64,000 nucleotides of DNA from an uncultured delta proteobacterium (GTDB lineage: Bacteria > Desulfobacterota > Desulfobacteria > Desulfobacterales > UBA2156). Numbering within the stretch: position 1 is the stretch's first letter; every line of letters begins with the position of its first letter. The position numbers were made by a program, and so were the translations under genes. The notes under the pieces were generated by a model. That model was given only the letters and a program-made list of their open reading frames with translations. It searched no databases and was not told the DNA's origin. The stretch spans positions 704,001 to 768,000 of the forward strand of contig CAVTQK010000015.1 in the NCBI GenBank assembly GCA_963736855.1, read 5' to 3'. Below are positions 10,171-19,556 of this stretch, piece after piece.

Positions 10171-11409
10171 CTACAAGCCCGGGACGCGAAGGATTCCCTG
10201 CAGATCTCTGGCTCTGAGGAAGAGCGTACAGGCGTTTGGCGCCTGGTCGCCGCAGAACCGGATCGTCATGCCGTGCGCCAGGGCACCGGATCTTCCAACC
10301 GTGGTGAGCACGACTGCCGAGTCAACGGATGCGTTCATCGTGCAGTCGTTGCTCCTGCAGTGGGACCCCTCGTTCCACGGCTGAGGGATGATGCTGCCGC
10401 CGATCGTGGGGCCCTGGGTCCGCCCATGCACTCTCGAGCCGGATGGGACCAGGCCAAAGGGGTGACCGATCTCGTGGAGCAATACTCGCCTGACATCGAA
10501 GAGCCAGTCGCTGTTGTGCAGATACTGGCTCGACGGCATGCTATTGCAGGCCACAGTAGCTATCGTGTGGCCCGCGACTCCGCGCGCGGAGGTGCCTGCT
10601 GATGCACCCTGCGGCGCCGGCAATCGGTCCACCGCAACGATCCAGAGCTCGCGCTCCGGGAGATCGGATTCGTAGATGCCCTGAGTCAAGGGCCGATCGT
10701 GCGCATAGTTGAAAATCCTCTCTACATCCGACAGGGCCGCGGGGTTCTGGTGCGGTCTCGGAATCGCTGTAACCGGGGTTCCTCAGGGTTGCTCATGTTC
10801 CAGCAGGATGCCGTAATTGTCACGGTAGAAGTCGATCGCGTACTGCAGCACGTTTCTCTCGTCTGCGGTGAGCCTGGTCCCAGGGTCGTTCGTGCTCGGG
10901 AATTGCGTCAGGCTCCATCTCCCGCCGGTTTTGCTCATCTCCACATACCGGAAGATGATTCGTTTTCTGACTGTTATTCGAGCCTCAGGGGCCGGTGACC
11001 CGGCCTGCAGGAAGGTAACGACATACCTGTCGAGGCCGCACCCCGATGTCTTGAAACTCACCGTCGTTCCAGCTCCACTCTGTTGCGTATTCGGAGCGAT
11101 GTAGACTGGACTCCCACTGACAAGGACCGACGTCATATACGTTTCGCCCAGCACATCGTGCGGGACGTTTCTCTGGTCTGCGGCAATTCGCCAGTTTGCG
11201 CCGGGAAGTACGGTGGCGGTGGAGCCAGGGGCAACGGCTCCCTGCTGCATCACTGCGCCTTGCAGGGAAACCGTGATGTCGCGGGCGTTGTCAATGCTGG
11301 ATGAATCGTTCGAGTCCGGCGGTTCATTGATGTAAACATAGTATTCGTTGTTCTCTGGGCTAATGGTACGCCGATGCCCCTGCGCACCCTGCTCGACCGT
11401 TACAGGCAT
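10171..11409 (-). pseudogene. Protein with C-terminal zincin metallopeptidase motif, split by one in-frame TGA (10783-10785)
   Basis: ORFs 10783..11409 and 10171..10689 share a frame, with an open 31-codon linker. HEIGHPFGL and a downstream HC...CTM Met-turn-like motif are present. Confidence 0.6.
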
Positions 11410-11424
11410 TAGCTCCCTCCGAAT

Positions 11425-12198
11425 TCAGCTCTGATGGAGATCACGAAGCCGACCTTGCGTCGCTTCATCGGCCTCTCCCGTGACCGTCAAGCCGTTCTTT
11501 TCCTGAAATGCCCTCAGAGCCGCTTCGAGCGCCGGCGTTGGCTCTTCCGTGAGATCTCCGCACCCGAATCCCAAGTTCGCCAGACGTTGCTTGACGCCGC
11601 TCAGCTCCGATATCGGATTTAGGTGCCCGATTCGGAACTCGAAGACCAGCTCGTTGGGAGTCCCACCGTCAACTACCAGCCTGCCCGCACGCGCATTGGG
11701 CCTGATGCTGCACTCGACGACGCCATCGTCACCCAGATTGCCGCTGGTAAGAACGCCGTCGATCTCTAACGTGTAGGGGGCGTTGGCGCGAGGCGTGCTC
11801 CTCGCCGCCGTCTGAGCCGTCGTGCCTTCTCGACCGGACGTGCCCTGCACCCCCCCAGACGAGGACCGCGCGGCCTGACCGTCCTCTGCCTGCCCATCCT
11901 GCGGCGCCTCACCCTCATACTTCATCACGCGGATGCGGAGCGTCTCCGGCACGCCCTTACGCCTGAACGAATGCCGCTCCTCCGTGGCCCCAGACTCATC
12001 TCTCTCCCTGCGTTCCGGCACGAAGAGCATATCACTGGGATGGAGAACATTGCGATCTGCCCGTCTTCCCTTCAGATCAGCATTGCTGGGATGATCCCAA
12101 ATGGTCTCCGGGAGCAGGCCGTGTCGAAATGCGATGCTGGAAGTGGAATCGCCCTGCCGAACCGTGTACAAACCCATTCCCCCAAAACCCTCCCTCAC
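11425..12198 (-). CDS. LysM-like + C-terminal peptidoglycan-binding (PG_binding_1) protein
   Basis: YTVRQGDSTSSIA...IWDHPSNA...NVLHPSDMLFVP at the N-terminus, and GVKQRLANLGF...ALRAFQEKNGLTVTG at the C-terminus. Confidence 0.85.
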   Translation of the reverse strand: MREGFGGMGLYTVRQGDSTSSIAFRHGLLPETIWDHPSNADLKGRRADRNVLHPSDMLFVPERRERDESGATEERHSFRRKGVPETLRIRVMKYEGEAPQDGQAEDGQAARSSSGGVQGTSGREGTTAQTAARSTPRANAPYTLEIDGVLTSGNLGDDGVVECSIRPNARAGRLVVDGGTPNELVFEFRIGHLNPISELSGVKQRLANLGFGCGDLTEEPTPALEAALRAFQEKNGLTVTGEADEATQGRLRDLHQS

Positions 12199-12599
12199 CG
12201 CAGATACCTAGCCCGCGCGAACCGCGTTTCTCTGCATGTCCCGTCGATCATATCGGCCCAGCGAAGCGGCTGTCAACGGTGTGCGCGGTTCCGTAATCCG
12301 GCGGAGGCATCTTTGCATCCGTGAACGATTGATAAGAAATCGCTTTCTAAGCATATCTAAATCTTAGCAGAAAAAACGGGTATGTCAAGGTGTTGTCTTG
12401 CTTGCCATCCCCCAGTTTTGATGAGCAAGAGGGATGAAAGGGGAGAAACAGGAGCAAAGCGGCAGACTTCTGCTACGAGGCGGACAGCAGGGATGGACAG
12501 ATGATGCGGAAAGTAGTTGCTACTGAGGGCATGGCGATAGAGTTTTTTCGGACAAAGACATATAGATGCCCTTCTGAGCTTATGTTGCTGGCAAGGGAT

Positions 12600-12905
12600 T
12601 ATACCGCACTGATCAGCGAGAGCGCGGAGGTAGTAAAGACCATTGATGCCTACGCCCGCGCTGTGCGCTGGATCAGTGAACATTTTGATTGCTGCCCCGA
12701 TCAGTTGACTCTGGAACAGCGGGAAGTCTATTTTTCCGACCTAGTGAAGTCCCATTACTGGAGTACCATCAAAATTGACCGTAATGGTTTGCAGTTTTTC
12801 TGGAAACATGTCCTCAAACAAGACTGGCAGTGGGTCAATATCATCAAAGCCCCCAAAGTGCGTTCACTGCCCGATATTCTCACCATCGCCAAAGTTGAAC
12901 AATTG
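12600..12905 (+). pseudogene. N-terminal (SAM-like) fragment of an IS91-associated-type tyrosine recombinase
   Basis: KTIDAYARAVR...PDQLT...YFSDLV...WSTIKIDRNGLQFFWKHVL...LPDILT. The catalytic domain is absent. Confidence 0.65.
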
Positions 12906-13110
12906 ATCGGTGCAGGTCTCAAACGCCGTGGAAGCGTTGATTTTCCTGGCTTCAGCACGCTTTTGAGAAAATCCTTTACAGACACGGTTTTTCCGGATAC
13001 GATATCTTTGCGTTTTTACCATCTGGGTACCTCCTGTCGTGGATGTTTAGGTTCGGCAAAACCCTTTCCATAACAGTGTTCCCAGATGGTTTTTTATTTT
13101 TCAAGATCTC
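12900..13110 (-). mobile_element. IS remnant: transposase 5' fragment (IS1380-like) and element end
   Basis: ATG at 13022 with RBS GGAGG gives MVKTQRYRIRKNRVCKGFSQKRAEARKINASTAFETCTDQL. It fuses head-on into the recombinase fragment. The family is recalled, not searched. Confidence 0.4.
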
Positions 13111-13234
13111 TTTAGTGAAAGATTCAGGTAATAAACGGAAGGTCCTTGCTTTTTTAACAAATTAGGGCTATTTTGACTATGACAATCAAAGCAATCCGCT
13201 TGTCAGTTTCCTAATCTGAAAGGAGGGTTTCATT

Positions 13235-13471
13235 ATGGCTCCTTCGGTCAATGAAAAATATATCGTCGATGAGAAAGGCAACCCGACTGCGGTTATCCTT
13301 CCAATAAAAGACTACAAAAAGATGCTTTCCGTCCTGGAAGAAATCGAGGATCACCGAGAAAGCAAAATTCTCTCTCAATCGGCTGAATTCAAGAAATTGG
13401 TAAAGAGAGGACTGGAGGATATCAAAGCGGGTAGAACGAAGCCATGGAAGGAAGTCTGGGATGACCTATGA
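13235..13471 (+). CDS. Type II antitoxin (Phd/YefM-like)
   Basis: KYIVDEKGNPTAVILPIKDY...GLEDIKAGRTKPWKEV; strong RBS; overlaps the toxin start. Confidence 0.75.
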   Translation: MAPSVNEKYIVDEKGNPTAVILPIKDYKKMLSVLEEIEDHRESKILSQSAEFKKLVKRGLEDIKAGRTKPWKEVWDDL

Positions 13472-13550
13472 TGTTTATTTAGCAGACACCTTTCAGAAAT
13501 CAATCAAGGCTCTGAAAAAGAAGTATCCTCATGTTAAGGATGATCTTCTT
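13461..13550 (+). pseudogene. RelE/ParE-family toxin, truncated after ~29 aa by a repeat element
   Basis: MTYDVYLADTFQKSIKALKKKYPHVKDDL, then non-homologous palindromic sequence. Confidence 0.65.
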
Positions 13551-13655
13551 ATTGCACCGCATCTGCTACGTTGCCGAAAGCTCGACGTACGAATTGTACG
13601 CCTTCGCTTCCGGACGCCTTGCATCTGCGGCAAATTCGAAAATCACTCAATTTAG
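13551..13655 (-). repeat. Palindromic MITE/REP-like element related to the 21345-21509 element
   Basis: The reverse complement of 13582-13603 (aggcgtacaattcgtacgtcga) matches 21429-21450 at 19/22. The caaggcgtc and gcaacg motifs are shared in the same order. Confidence 0.6.
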
Positions 13656-13704
13656 GTTGAAGTACTATTGAAGTAATTTCATTGCAGAAAAGGGGTATTA
13701 TAGA

Positions 13705-13760
13705 GGATGAAAAGGGATTGAACGGTAGAGCCAGAATTCCGCTCAACTCCGCATTATGCC
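13705..13760 (+). other. Degenerate attC-like site
   Basis: ggattgaacgg pairs with ccgctcaa(c)tcc with one extra base. It ends in ATTATGC, one change from GTTRRRY-like GTTATGC. Confidence 0.4.
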
Positions 13761-13772
13761 CTAAGATAAGGC

Positions 13773-13801
13773 TTGACAAAACGTACGCAATAACGTACCT
13801 T
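13773..13801 (+). promoter_or_regulatory. yefM-yoeB promoter/operator
   Basis: TTGACA-17 bp-TACCTT overlapped by two GTAC palindrome cores (13783, 13795) 12 bp apart, as in known YefM operators. Confidence 0.75.
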
Positions 13802-13825
13802 GAACAACAAAAAACGAGGTGCACC

Positions 13826-14068
13826 ATGCCGACATTATCAGCAACCGAGGCAAGAACGAAACTTTATAATCTTATCGATCAAACATCGTCAACCCACGAG
13901 CCAATACTTATAACGGGCAAACGTGGAAACGCCGTATTAATTTCCGAGGATGACTGGCGTTCCATTCAAGAAACCATATACCTTTTAAATATTCCCGGTA
14001 TGCGCAACTCCATCCGCGAAGGCTTGGCAACACCATTGGAGGAATGTGGAGAGGAGCTTGATTGGTGA
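13826..14068 (+). CDS. yefM: Phd/YefM antitoxin
   Basis: LSATEARTKLYNLIDQ...HEPILITGKRGNAVLISEDDWRSIQETIYLL. Confidence 0.92.
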   Translation: MPTLSATEARTKLYNLIDQTSSTHEPILITGKRGNAVLISEDDWRSIQETIYLLNIPGMRNSIREGLATPLEECGEELDW

Positions 14069-14328
14069 ATTGGCGACTTGTTTATACCAAGCAAGCCCAG
14101 AAAGATGCTAAAAAATTAACCGCTTCCGGACTCAGAGCGAAAGCTGAAGAAATAATTCAAATCCTGCGCAAAAATCCTTACCAAGCCCAACCTCCCTTTG
14201 AGAAACTTGTCGGTGATCTAACGGGGGCTTATTCAAGGCGCATAAATATTCAGCATCGGCTTATTTATCAGGTTTTAAATGATAAAAAGGTTGTCAAAAT
14301 TATCCGCATGTGGACTCACTATGAATAA
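14065..14328 (+). CDS. yoeB: Txe/YoeB addiction module toxin
   Basis: PPFEKLVGDLTGAYSRRINIQHRLIY...RMWTHYE; GTGA overlap with the antitoxin stop. Confidence 0.93.
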   Translation: MNWRLVYTKQAQKDAKKLTASGLRAKAEEIIQILRKNPYQAQPPFEKLVGDLTGAYSRRINIQHRLIYQVLNDKKVVKIIRMWTHYE

Positions 14329-14337
14329 CGGAGGAAG

Positions 14338-14400
14338 AACGAAAAAGACTTCGCAGCGGACGATCGGGTACACGACCCGCCGCTTAGCCGGGTCGTTTTT
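14338..14400 (+). other. Degenerate attC-like site after yoeB
   Basis: gacttcgcagcggac...cgggt-acacg-acccg...ccgcttagccgggtcGTT: imperfect IR ending in GTT. Confidence 0.4.
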
Positions 14401-14624
14401 TGCTCCCCTGAAAGAGGAGGCGCAGGTTCCCATATCTTGTGCCGAATATGACGGTAAACCACAGCTAACGCACTCATTTATTCAACCCTAAAAAACTTTC
14501 CATCAAAATGTTGCCCCCGACAAAAGGTCGGAGTAAAGTTTTCCGTCTGTTTTTGGTGAAGCGCGACGCCTTAACGGCTGCCGTATTTGAAACATGGACT
14601 ATTAGAAGAAAAAGGAGGGTGACA

Positions 14625-15656
14625 ATGAAAAAGGGTATCCTGGTATTCATGGCGACAACGATGGTGATTTTTTGTTGTCTGACCGGAGCGGCATTCTCCG
14701 CCGACTACAAACCCGAATACAAGCTTTCGACAGTAGTGGGAAAACCCTTTCCCTGGGGGATTGCGGGCGAGCGATGGGCTGAACTCGTGAAGGAGAAAAC
14801 CGCCGGCCGCATTCTGATCAAGACATACCCCGGGACCAGCTTAGTGGGCGGCGATCAGACCAAGGAATTCACCGCCATCCGTCAGGGAGCCATCGACATG
14901 GCCATCGGTTCCACCATCAACTGGTCCCCGCAGGTGAAGGAACTCAATCTGTTCTCCATGCCGTTTCTGATGCCCGACTATAAGGCCATCGATGCGTTGA
15001 CTCAGGGAGATGTGGGAAAAGATCTTTTCAAGATTCTCAGTGAAAAAGATGTCGTTCCTCTGGCCTGGGGCGAAAACGGATTCCGCGAACTCACCAACTC
15101 GAAGCGGGCCATTCGCACCCCGGCGGACCTGAAGGGGCTGAAAATCCGCGTGGTCGGATCTCCGCTTTTTCTGGATACTTTCACGGCGCTGGGCGCAAAT
15201 CCTACCCAGATGAGCTGGGCGGATGCAGTCCCCGCCCTTTCAAGCGGCGCAGTGGATGGCCAGGAAAACCCTCTGACCATCTTTACCGTGGCCAAACTGG
15301 ACACCGCTGCAAATCAGAAGAATCTTACTCTTTGGGGATACGTGGCGGACCCGCTGATCTTTGTCGTGAGCAAGTCCGTTTGGGGAACATGGACGCCCGA
15401 GGATCAGAAGGCTGTCCGCGAAGCCGCCGAACAGGCGGGCCGTGAAAACATCGACGCAGCGCGAAAAGGATTGATTCCGCCCGACGACTCCATGATCAAG
15501 GAAGTGGGAGCCAAGGGCGTCAACGTCGTGAAATTATCCGATGCCGAGAAGGAGGCGTTCAGAAAGGCAACCCGCAGCGTTTACGATAAATGGGCCATAC
15601 AGATCGGCGCAGATCTCGTGAAGAAAGCCGAGGAAGCCATCGCCAAACGAAAATAA
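14625..15656 (+). CDS. dctP: TRAP transporter solute-binding protein
   Basis: Signal peptide; WGENGFRELTNSKR, DLKGLKIRV and GAVDGQENP. Confidence 0.95.
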   Translation: MKKGILVFMATTMVIFCCLTGAAFSADYKPEYKLSTVVGKPFPWGIAGERWAELVKEKTAGRILIKTYPGTSLVGGDQTKEFTAIRQGAIDMAIGSTINWSPQVKELNLFSMPFLMPDYKAIDALTQGDVGKDLFKILSEKDVVPLAWGENGFRELTNSKRAIRTPADLKGLKIRVVGSPLFLDTFTALGANPTQMSWADAVPALSSGAVDGQENPLTIFTVAKLDTAANQKNLTLWGYVADPLIFVVSKSVWGTWTPEDQKAVREAAEQAGRENIDAARKGLIPPDDSMIKEVGAKGVNVVKLSDAEKEAFRKATRSVYDKWAIQIGADLVKKAEEAIAKRK

Positions 15657-15695
15657 ATCAGTAATTCCTTTGCATTTAAAGGCACTGGAGTTGAT

Positions 15696-15740
15696 GGCGC
15701 GCATCGCGGCGCCTTCTTCAAAATCGCGGTGCGCGCTTTT
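15696..15740 (+). terminator. GC-rich hairpin + U tract between dctP and dctQ
   Basis: ggcgcgcatcgcg...cgcggtgcgcgc-tttt. Confidence 0.55.
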
Positions 15741-15773
15741 CTTTAAATTGGAGCTTGGACAAGGAAACGCGGC

Positions 15774-16280
15774 ATGCAAGACGAACTGGACTCCTGCCCC
15801 CAACCGGCGAAACCGAATACACGGGTGCCGTTGAAGATCGAGGAGACCCTGGCCGGAATCGCCATCGGGCTTTTGGCCCTCATCACCTTTGCCAATGTGG
15901 TCGTGCGCTACGCCACCAATTTTTCCTTCGCCTTCACGGAAGAGTTCTCCATCTTTTTAATGCTGTTTATGGCCTTTATCGGTGCATCGAGCGTGATGGC
16001 GAAAAATGGGCACCTGAACATCACCTACTTCGTGGACAAATTCCGACAGCAAAACCGTCGGTGGATCCTGCTTTTCGCTGCCGGAATGGCGGGCGTTGCG
16101 TTCGCTATTCTTTCGCTGCTGGGCGGATGGATGGCCTATGATGAATATCGCTTCGAGGTGACCTCCCCCGGACTCGGGATCCCGACCTGGATCTATACGG
16201 TCTGGATGCCCATTTTATGTTTGGGCATCCTGGGTCGTACGGTCGGCCTGATGATGCGCATTTGGAGGGACAAAGCCTGA
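15774..16280 (+). CDS. dctQ: TRAP small permease
   Basis: Four TM segments; NVVVRY...FTEE...GHLNI. Confidence 0.92.
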   Translation: MQDELDSCPQPAKPNTRVPLKIEETLAGIAIGLLALITFANVVVRYATNFSFAFTEEFSIFLMLFMAFIGASSVMAKNGHLNITYFVDKFRQQNRRWILLFAAGMAGVAFAILSLLGGWMAYDEYRFEVTSPGLGIPTWIYTVWMPILCLGILGRTVGLMMRIWRDKA

Positions 16281-17569
16281 TGTCGGCTGCCATCATACTG
16301 TTCGGCGGATTTTTCCTCCTCATGCTCGCAGGTGTTCCCATCGCCGCATCCCTGGGGCTTGCCGGCACCCTGGTCATCGCCATGAAAAGCCTGGGAGTCA
16401 TGGCCATTCCCACAAATGTCTATGCAGGTATCGCCAAGTATCCGCTTTTGGCGATTCCCATGTTTGTTCTGGCCGGCGCCATCTTCGATCGATCCGGTGT
16501 AGCTTCCCGGCTCCTGCGCTTTACGACCGCCATTGTCGGCCATGGACGCGGTGCCCTGGCCGCAATCACGATCCTGGTCGCCATGATCATCGGGGGCATC
16601 TCCGGATCAGGTCCGGCGTGTACCGCCGCGGTGGGGGGTGTGATGCTGGGGGCCATGATCCGGGCCGGATATCCACGCGGTTTTGCTGCAAGCGTGACGG
16701 CGGCAGCGGGATCCACAGACATCCTGATTCCGCCTTCCGTAGCCTTCATTATCTATAGTGTGCTCGTTCCCTCAGCCACGGTTCCCGCTCTTTTCGTTGC
16801 CGGCATCGGCCCGGGGATTCTCGCCTGTATCACGCTGATCATTCCCGCGGTGCTTCTCAGCCGCTACTATGGTTTCGGGGCGACCCAGGGGAAAGTGGCC
16901 CGACCGGCGTTCTGGCAGTCGTTCAAGGAGGCGTTTTGGGCGCTGATGGCGCCTGTGCTCATTTTGGGCGGCATGCGTACGGGATGGTTCACCCCCACAG
17001 AAGCCGCGGTGATGGCGGTTTTCTACGGCCTGATTGTCGGTTTTTTCATCTACCGAAGCCTCACCCTCCGGGATATTGGTGAACTCCTGGTGCAATCCGC
17101 AGAGACTTCCGCGGTCATTCTGATCGTCGTGGGTCTTGCAAGCGTTTTTGCGTGGGCATCGAGCACGATCGGAATCGTTGACCCCATCGCCAAAAGTTTG
17201 GTGGCGCTCGGCGGGGGAGAAACCGGGGTCATCGTGCTTATGATGGTATTCCTGGTGATCGTGGGCATGTTCCTGGACGGGATCTCCATATTCCTGATCT
17301 TTACCCCGCTCTTCGTTCCGGTGGCGGAGACTTTCCATTGGGATCTGGTCTGGTTCGGAGTGCTCATCACCTATAACGTCGCCCTCGGGCAATTCACCCC
17401 GCCCATGGCGGTCAATCTCATGGTGAGCTGCCGGATCAGCGGGGCCTCCATGGAGTCCACGGTGCGTTGGGATATCTGGCTGCTTTTGTCCATGTTTACC
17501 GGCCTGCTCTTGATCATCGCCTTTCCATCCGTGGCGATATGGTTGCCCAAAGTTCTCGGTTTCATGTGA
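16280..17569 (+). CDS. dctM: TRAP large permease
   Basis: LLAIPMFVLAG, GGISGSG, ILIPPS, FTPTEAA and TPPMAVNL. Confidence 0.95.
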   Translation: MSAAIILFGGFFLLMLAGVPIAASLGLAGTLVIAMKSLGVMAIPTNVYAGIAKYPLLAIPMFVLAGAIFDRSGVASRLLRFTTAIVGHGRGALAAITILVAMIIGGISGSGPACTAAVGGVMLGAMIRAGYPRGFAASVTAAAGSTDILIPPSVAFIIYSVLVPSATVPALFVAGIGPGILACITLIIPAVLLSRYYGFGATQGKVARPAFWQSFKEAFWALMAPVLILGGMRTGWFTPTEAAVMAVFYGLIVGFFIYRSLTLRDIGELLVQSAETSAVILIVVGLASVFAWASSTIGIVDPIAKSLVALGGGETGVIVLMMVFLVIVGMFLDGISIFLIFTPLFVPVAETFHWDLVWFGVLITYNVALGQFTPPMAVNLMVSCRISGASMESTVRWDIWLLLSMFTGLLLIIAFPSVAIWLPKVLGFM

Positions 17570-17587
17570 AGTATCAAGGAGAATTTC

Positions 17588-18553
17588 ATGTTTTCAGACA
17601 AGCAGACATTCTTGAAGATTTATCGCACCATGGTCACCATCCGCCAATTCGAGACGATGGCCGGTGAACATTTTGCAGCCGGGCAGATCCCCGGCTTCAT
17701 CCATCTTTCCATCGGCCAGGAAGCCTCCAGCGTCGGGGTCTGCTCCTGCCTGCGCAAGGATGACTATGTGGTCACGACCCATCGGGGGCATGGCCACATG
17801 ATCGCCAAGGGCGCCGATCTGAAGCGAATGACCGCCGAGCTGTTCGGCAAAAAGACCGGCTACTGCAAGGGCAAGGGAGGCTCCATGCACATCGCCGACT
17901 TTTCCATCGGCATTCTGGGGGCCAATGGGGTGGTGGCCGGCGGATTGCCCATCATCACCGGTGCGGGGCTGTCCATCAAACTGCGCAAAACCGACCAGGT
18001 GGCGGTGGCCTTTTTCGGAGATGGTGCGGCCAACCGAGGTCCGGTTCACGAGGCCATGAATATGGCCGCCATTTGGAAACTGCCCGTCCTCTTTGTGTGC
18101 GAGAACAACCAGTACGCTTCGACCACGCCGATGCATTATGCCTGTTCAGCAGGAGACCTTTGCACCCGCGCCGCAGCCTATGACATGCCCGGGGAGAAAA
18201 TCGACGGAAATGATGTCCTGGCGGTCCGCGAGGCCACCGCCTCAGCCGTTGCCCGGGCCCGGGCAGGGGAGGGGCCGACGTTTTTGGAAAACGTGACCTA
18301 TCGACTCAAAGGACACTACGAGGGGGATCCTCAGAAATACCGGACAGTGGAGGAGATTGAAATCCGGCGGCAGAAAGATCCCATCGAACACTTCGGCCGG
18401 ATGTTGGCCCAAAAAAAATATCTTACCGAAAAACACGCGGCCCAGATCCGGGAAGAGGTTCAGGCCGAGCTGGAGGAAGCCCTGGCTTTTGCCGAGAGCA
18501 GCCCCTTCCCTGAACCCGAGGATGCAATGGCCGACTTGTACAGTAATTCGTAA
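17588..18553 (+). CDS. TPP-dependent 2-oxoacid/acetoin dehydrogenase E1 alpha
   Basis: GFIHLSIGQEA, GKGGSMH, GDGA...NN TPP motif and YRLKGHYEGD. Confidence 0.93.
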   Translation: MFSDKQTFLKIYRTMVTIRQFETMAGEHFAAGQIPGFIHLSIGQEASSVGVCSCLRKDDYVVTTHRGHGHMIAKGADLKRMTAELFGKKTGYCKGKGGSMHIADFSIGILGANGVVAGGLPIITGAGLSIKLRKTDQVAVAFFGDGAANRGPVHEAMNMAAIWKLPVLFVCENNQYASTTPMHYACSAGDLCTRAAAYDMPGEKIDGNDVLAVREATASAVARARAGEGPTFLENVTYRLKGHYEGDPQKYRTVEEIEIRRQKDPIEHFGRMLAQKKYLTEKHAAQIREEVQAELEEALAFAESSPFPEPEDAMADLYSNS

Positions 18554-18563
18554 AGGGGGAAGC

Positions 18564-19544
18564 ATGTCGGAAAGAATTCTAACCTGTTCCGCCGCGTTGG
18601 CCGAGGCGCTGCACGAGGAGATGCGACGGGACGAGAGTATTTTCATTCTGGGCGAGGATGTGATCGCTAATGGCGGCATTTTTGGCCAGTTCAAAGGCAT
18701 CCCTGAAGCATTTCCGGGCCGGATCATCGATTCCCCCATCTCCGAAACCGGCATCGCCGGATGCGGGGTTGGCGCCGCTATGACCGGCATGCGGCCCTTC
18801 ATCGATTTTCATTTCTCCGACTTTCTCACCTGCGGCATGGACGAATTGTGCAACCAGGCCGCCAAGATCCGCTACATGTCCGGCGGACAGGTCAAACTGC
18901 CGATGGTTATCTGGTGCCCGGACGGCGCCGGCCTGCGTGCCGCGGCCCAGCATTCCCAGTCCCTGGAGGCATGGTTCGTGCACACCCCCGGGCTCAAGGT
19001 GGTGGTTCCCAGCGAACCGGCCGATGTCAAAGGGTTGATTAAGGCCGCCATCCGGGACGACAATCCGGTGATGTTTTTCCAGCACAAGAAGCTTTTTGCC
19101 AAAGAGGGGCCGGTTCCCGAGGAGGACTATATTATTGAACTCGGGAGGGCGGCTGTTAAAAAAGAGGGCAGGGACGTGAGTCTGCTTTGCTACGGTGCGG
19201 CTTACTATCTCTGCCTTGAAGCGGCATCAGCGCTGCGCGAGGACGCCATCGATGTGGAAATCGTCGATCTGAGAACCCTCAAACCGCTGGATATGGATAC
19301 GGTGGCGCAATCAATCCGGAAAACTCACCGTGCGGTCATTGTCCACGAGGCCTGTCTGACGGGAGGCTTCGGCGCCGAACTGGCGGCTCGGATCCAGGAT
19401 GAATTGTTCGATGAGCTGGATGCACCGGTCAAGCGTGTCGGCACCAAAGACGTGCCCATTCCATTTTCTCCTTCAATGGAGGATTTTGTGCTGCCCAGTG
19501 TGGCCGACGTTCTCGAGGCGGCCCATGCGGTAACCTATCGGTAG
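18564..19544 (+). CDS. 2-oxoacid/acetoin dehydrogenase E1 beta
   Basis: LGEDV, DSPISE, AAQHSQSLEAW and DLRTLKPLD. Confidence 0.93.
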   Translation: MSERILTCSAALAEALHEEMRRDESIFILGEDVIANGGIFGQFKGIPEAFPGRIIDSPISETGIAGCGVGAAMTGMRPFIDFHFSDFLTCGMDELCNQAAKIRYMSGGQVKLPMVIWCPDGAGLRAAAQHSQSLEAWFVHTPGLKVVVPSEPADVKGLIKAAIRDDNPVMFFQHKKLFAKEGPVPEEDYIIELGRAAVKKEGRDVSLLCYGAAYYLCLEAASALREDAIDVEIVDLRTLKPLDMDTVAQSIRKTHRAVIVHEACLTGGFGAELAARIQDELFDELDAPVKRVGTKDVPIPFSPSMEDFVLPSVADVLEAAHAVTYR

Positions 19545-19556
19545 ACAGGGGTGCGC

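Noticed and set aside
12255..12350. Possible third attC-like site upstream of the LysM gene
   Set aside because: Only a vague resemblance (tgtcaac...gattgataag); I could not build convincing pairing.
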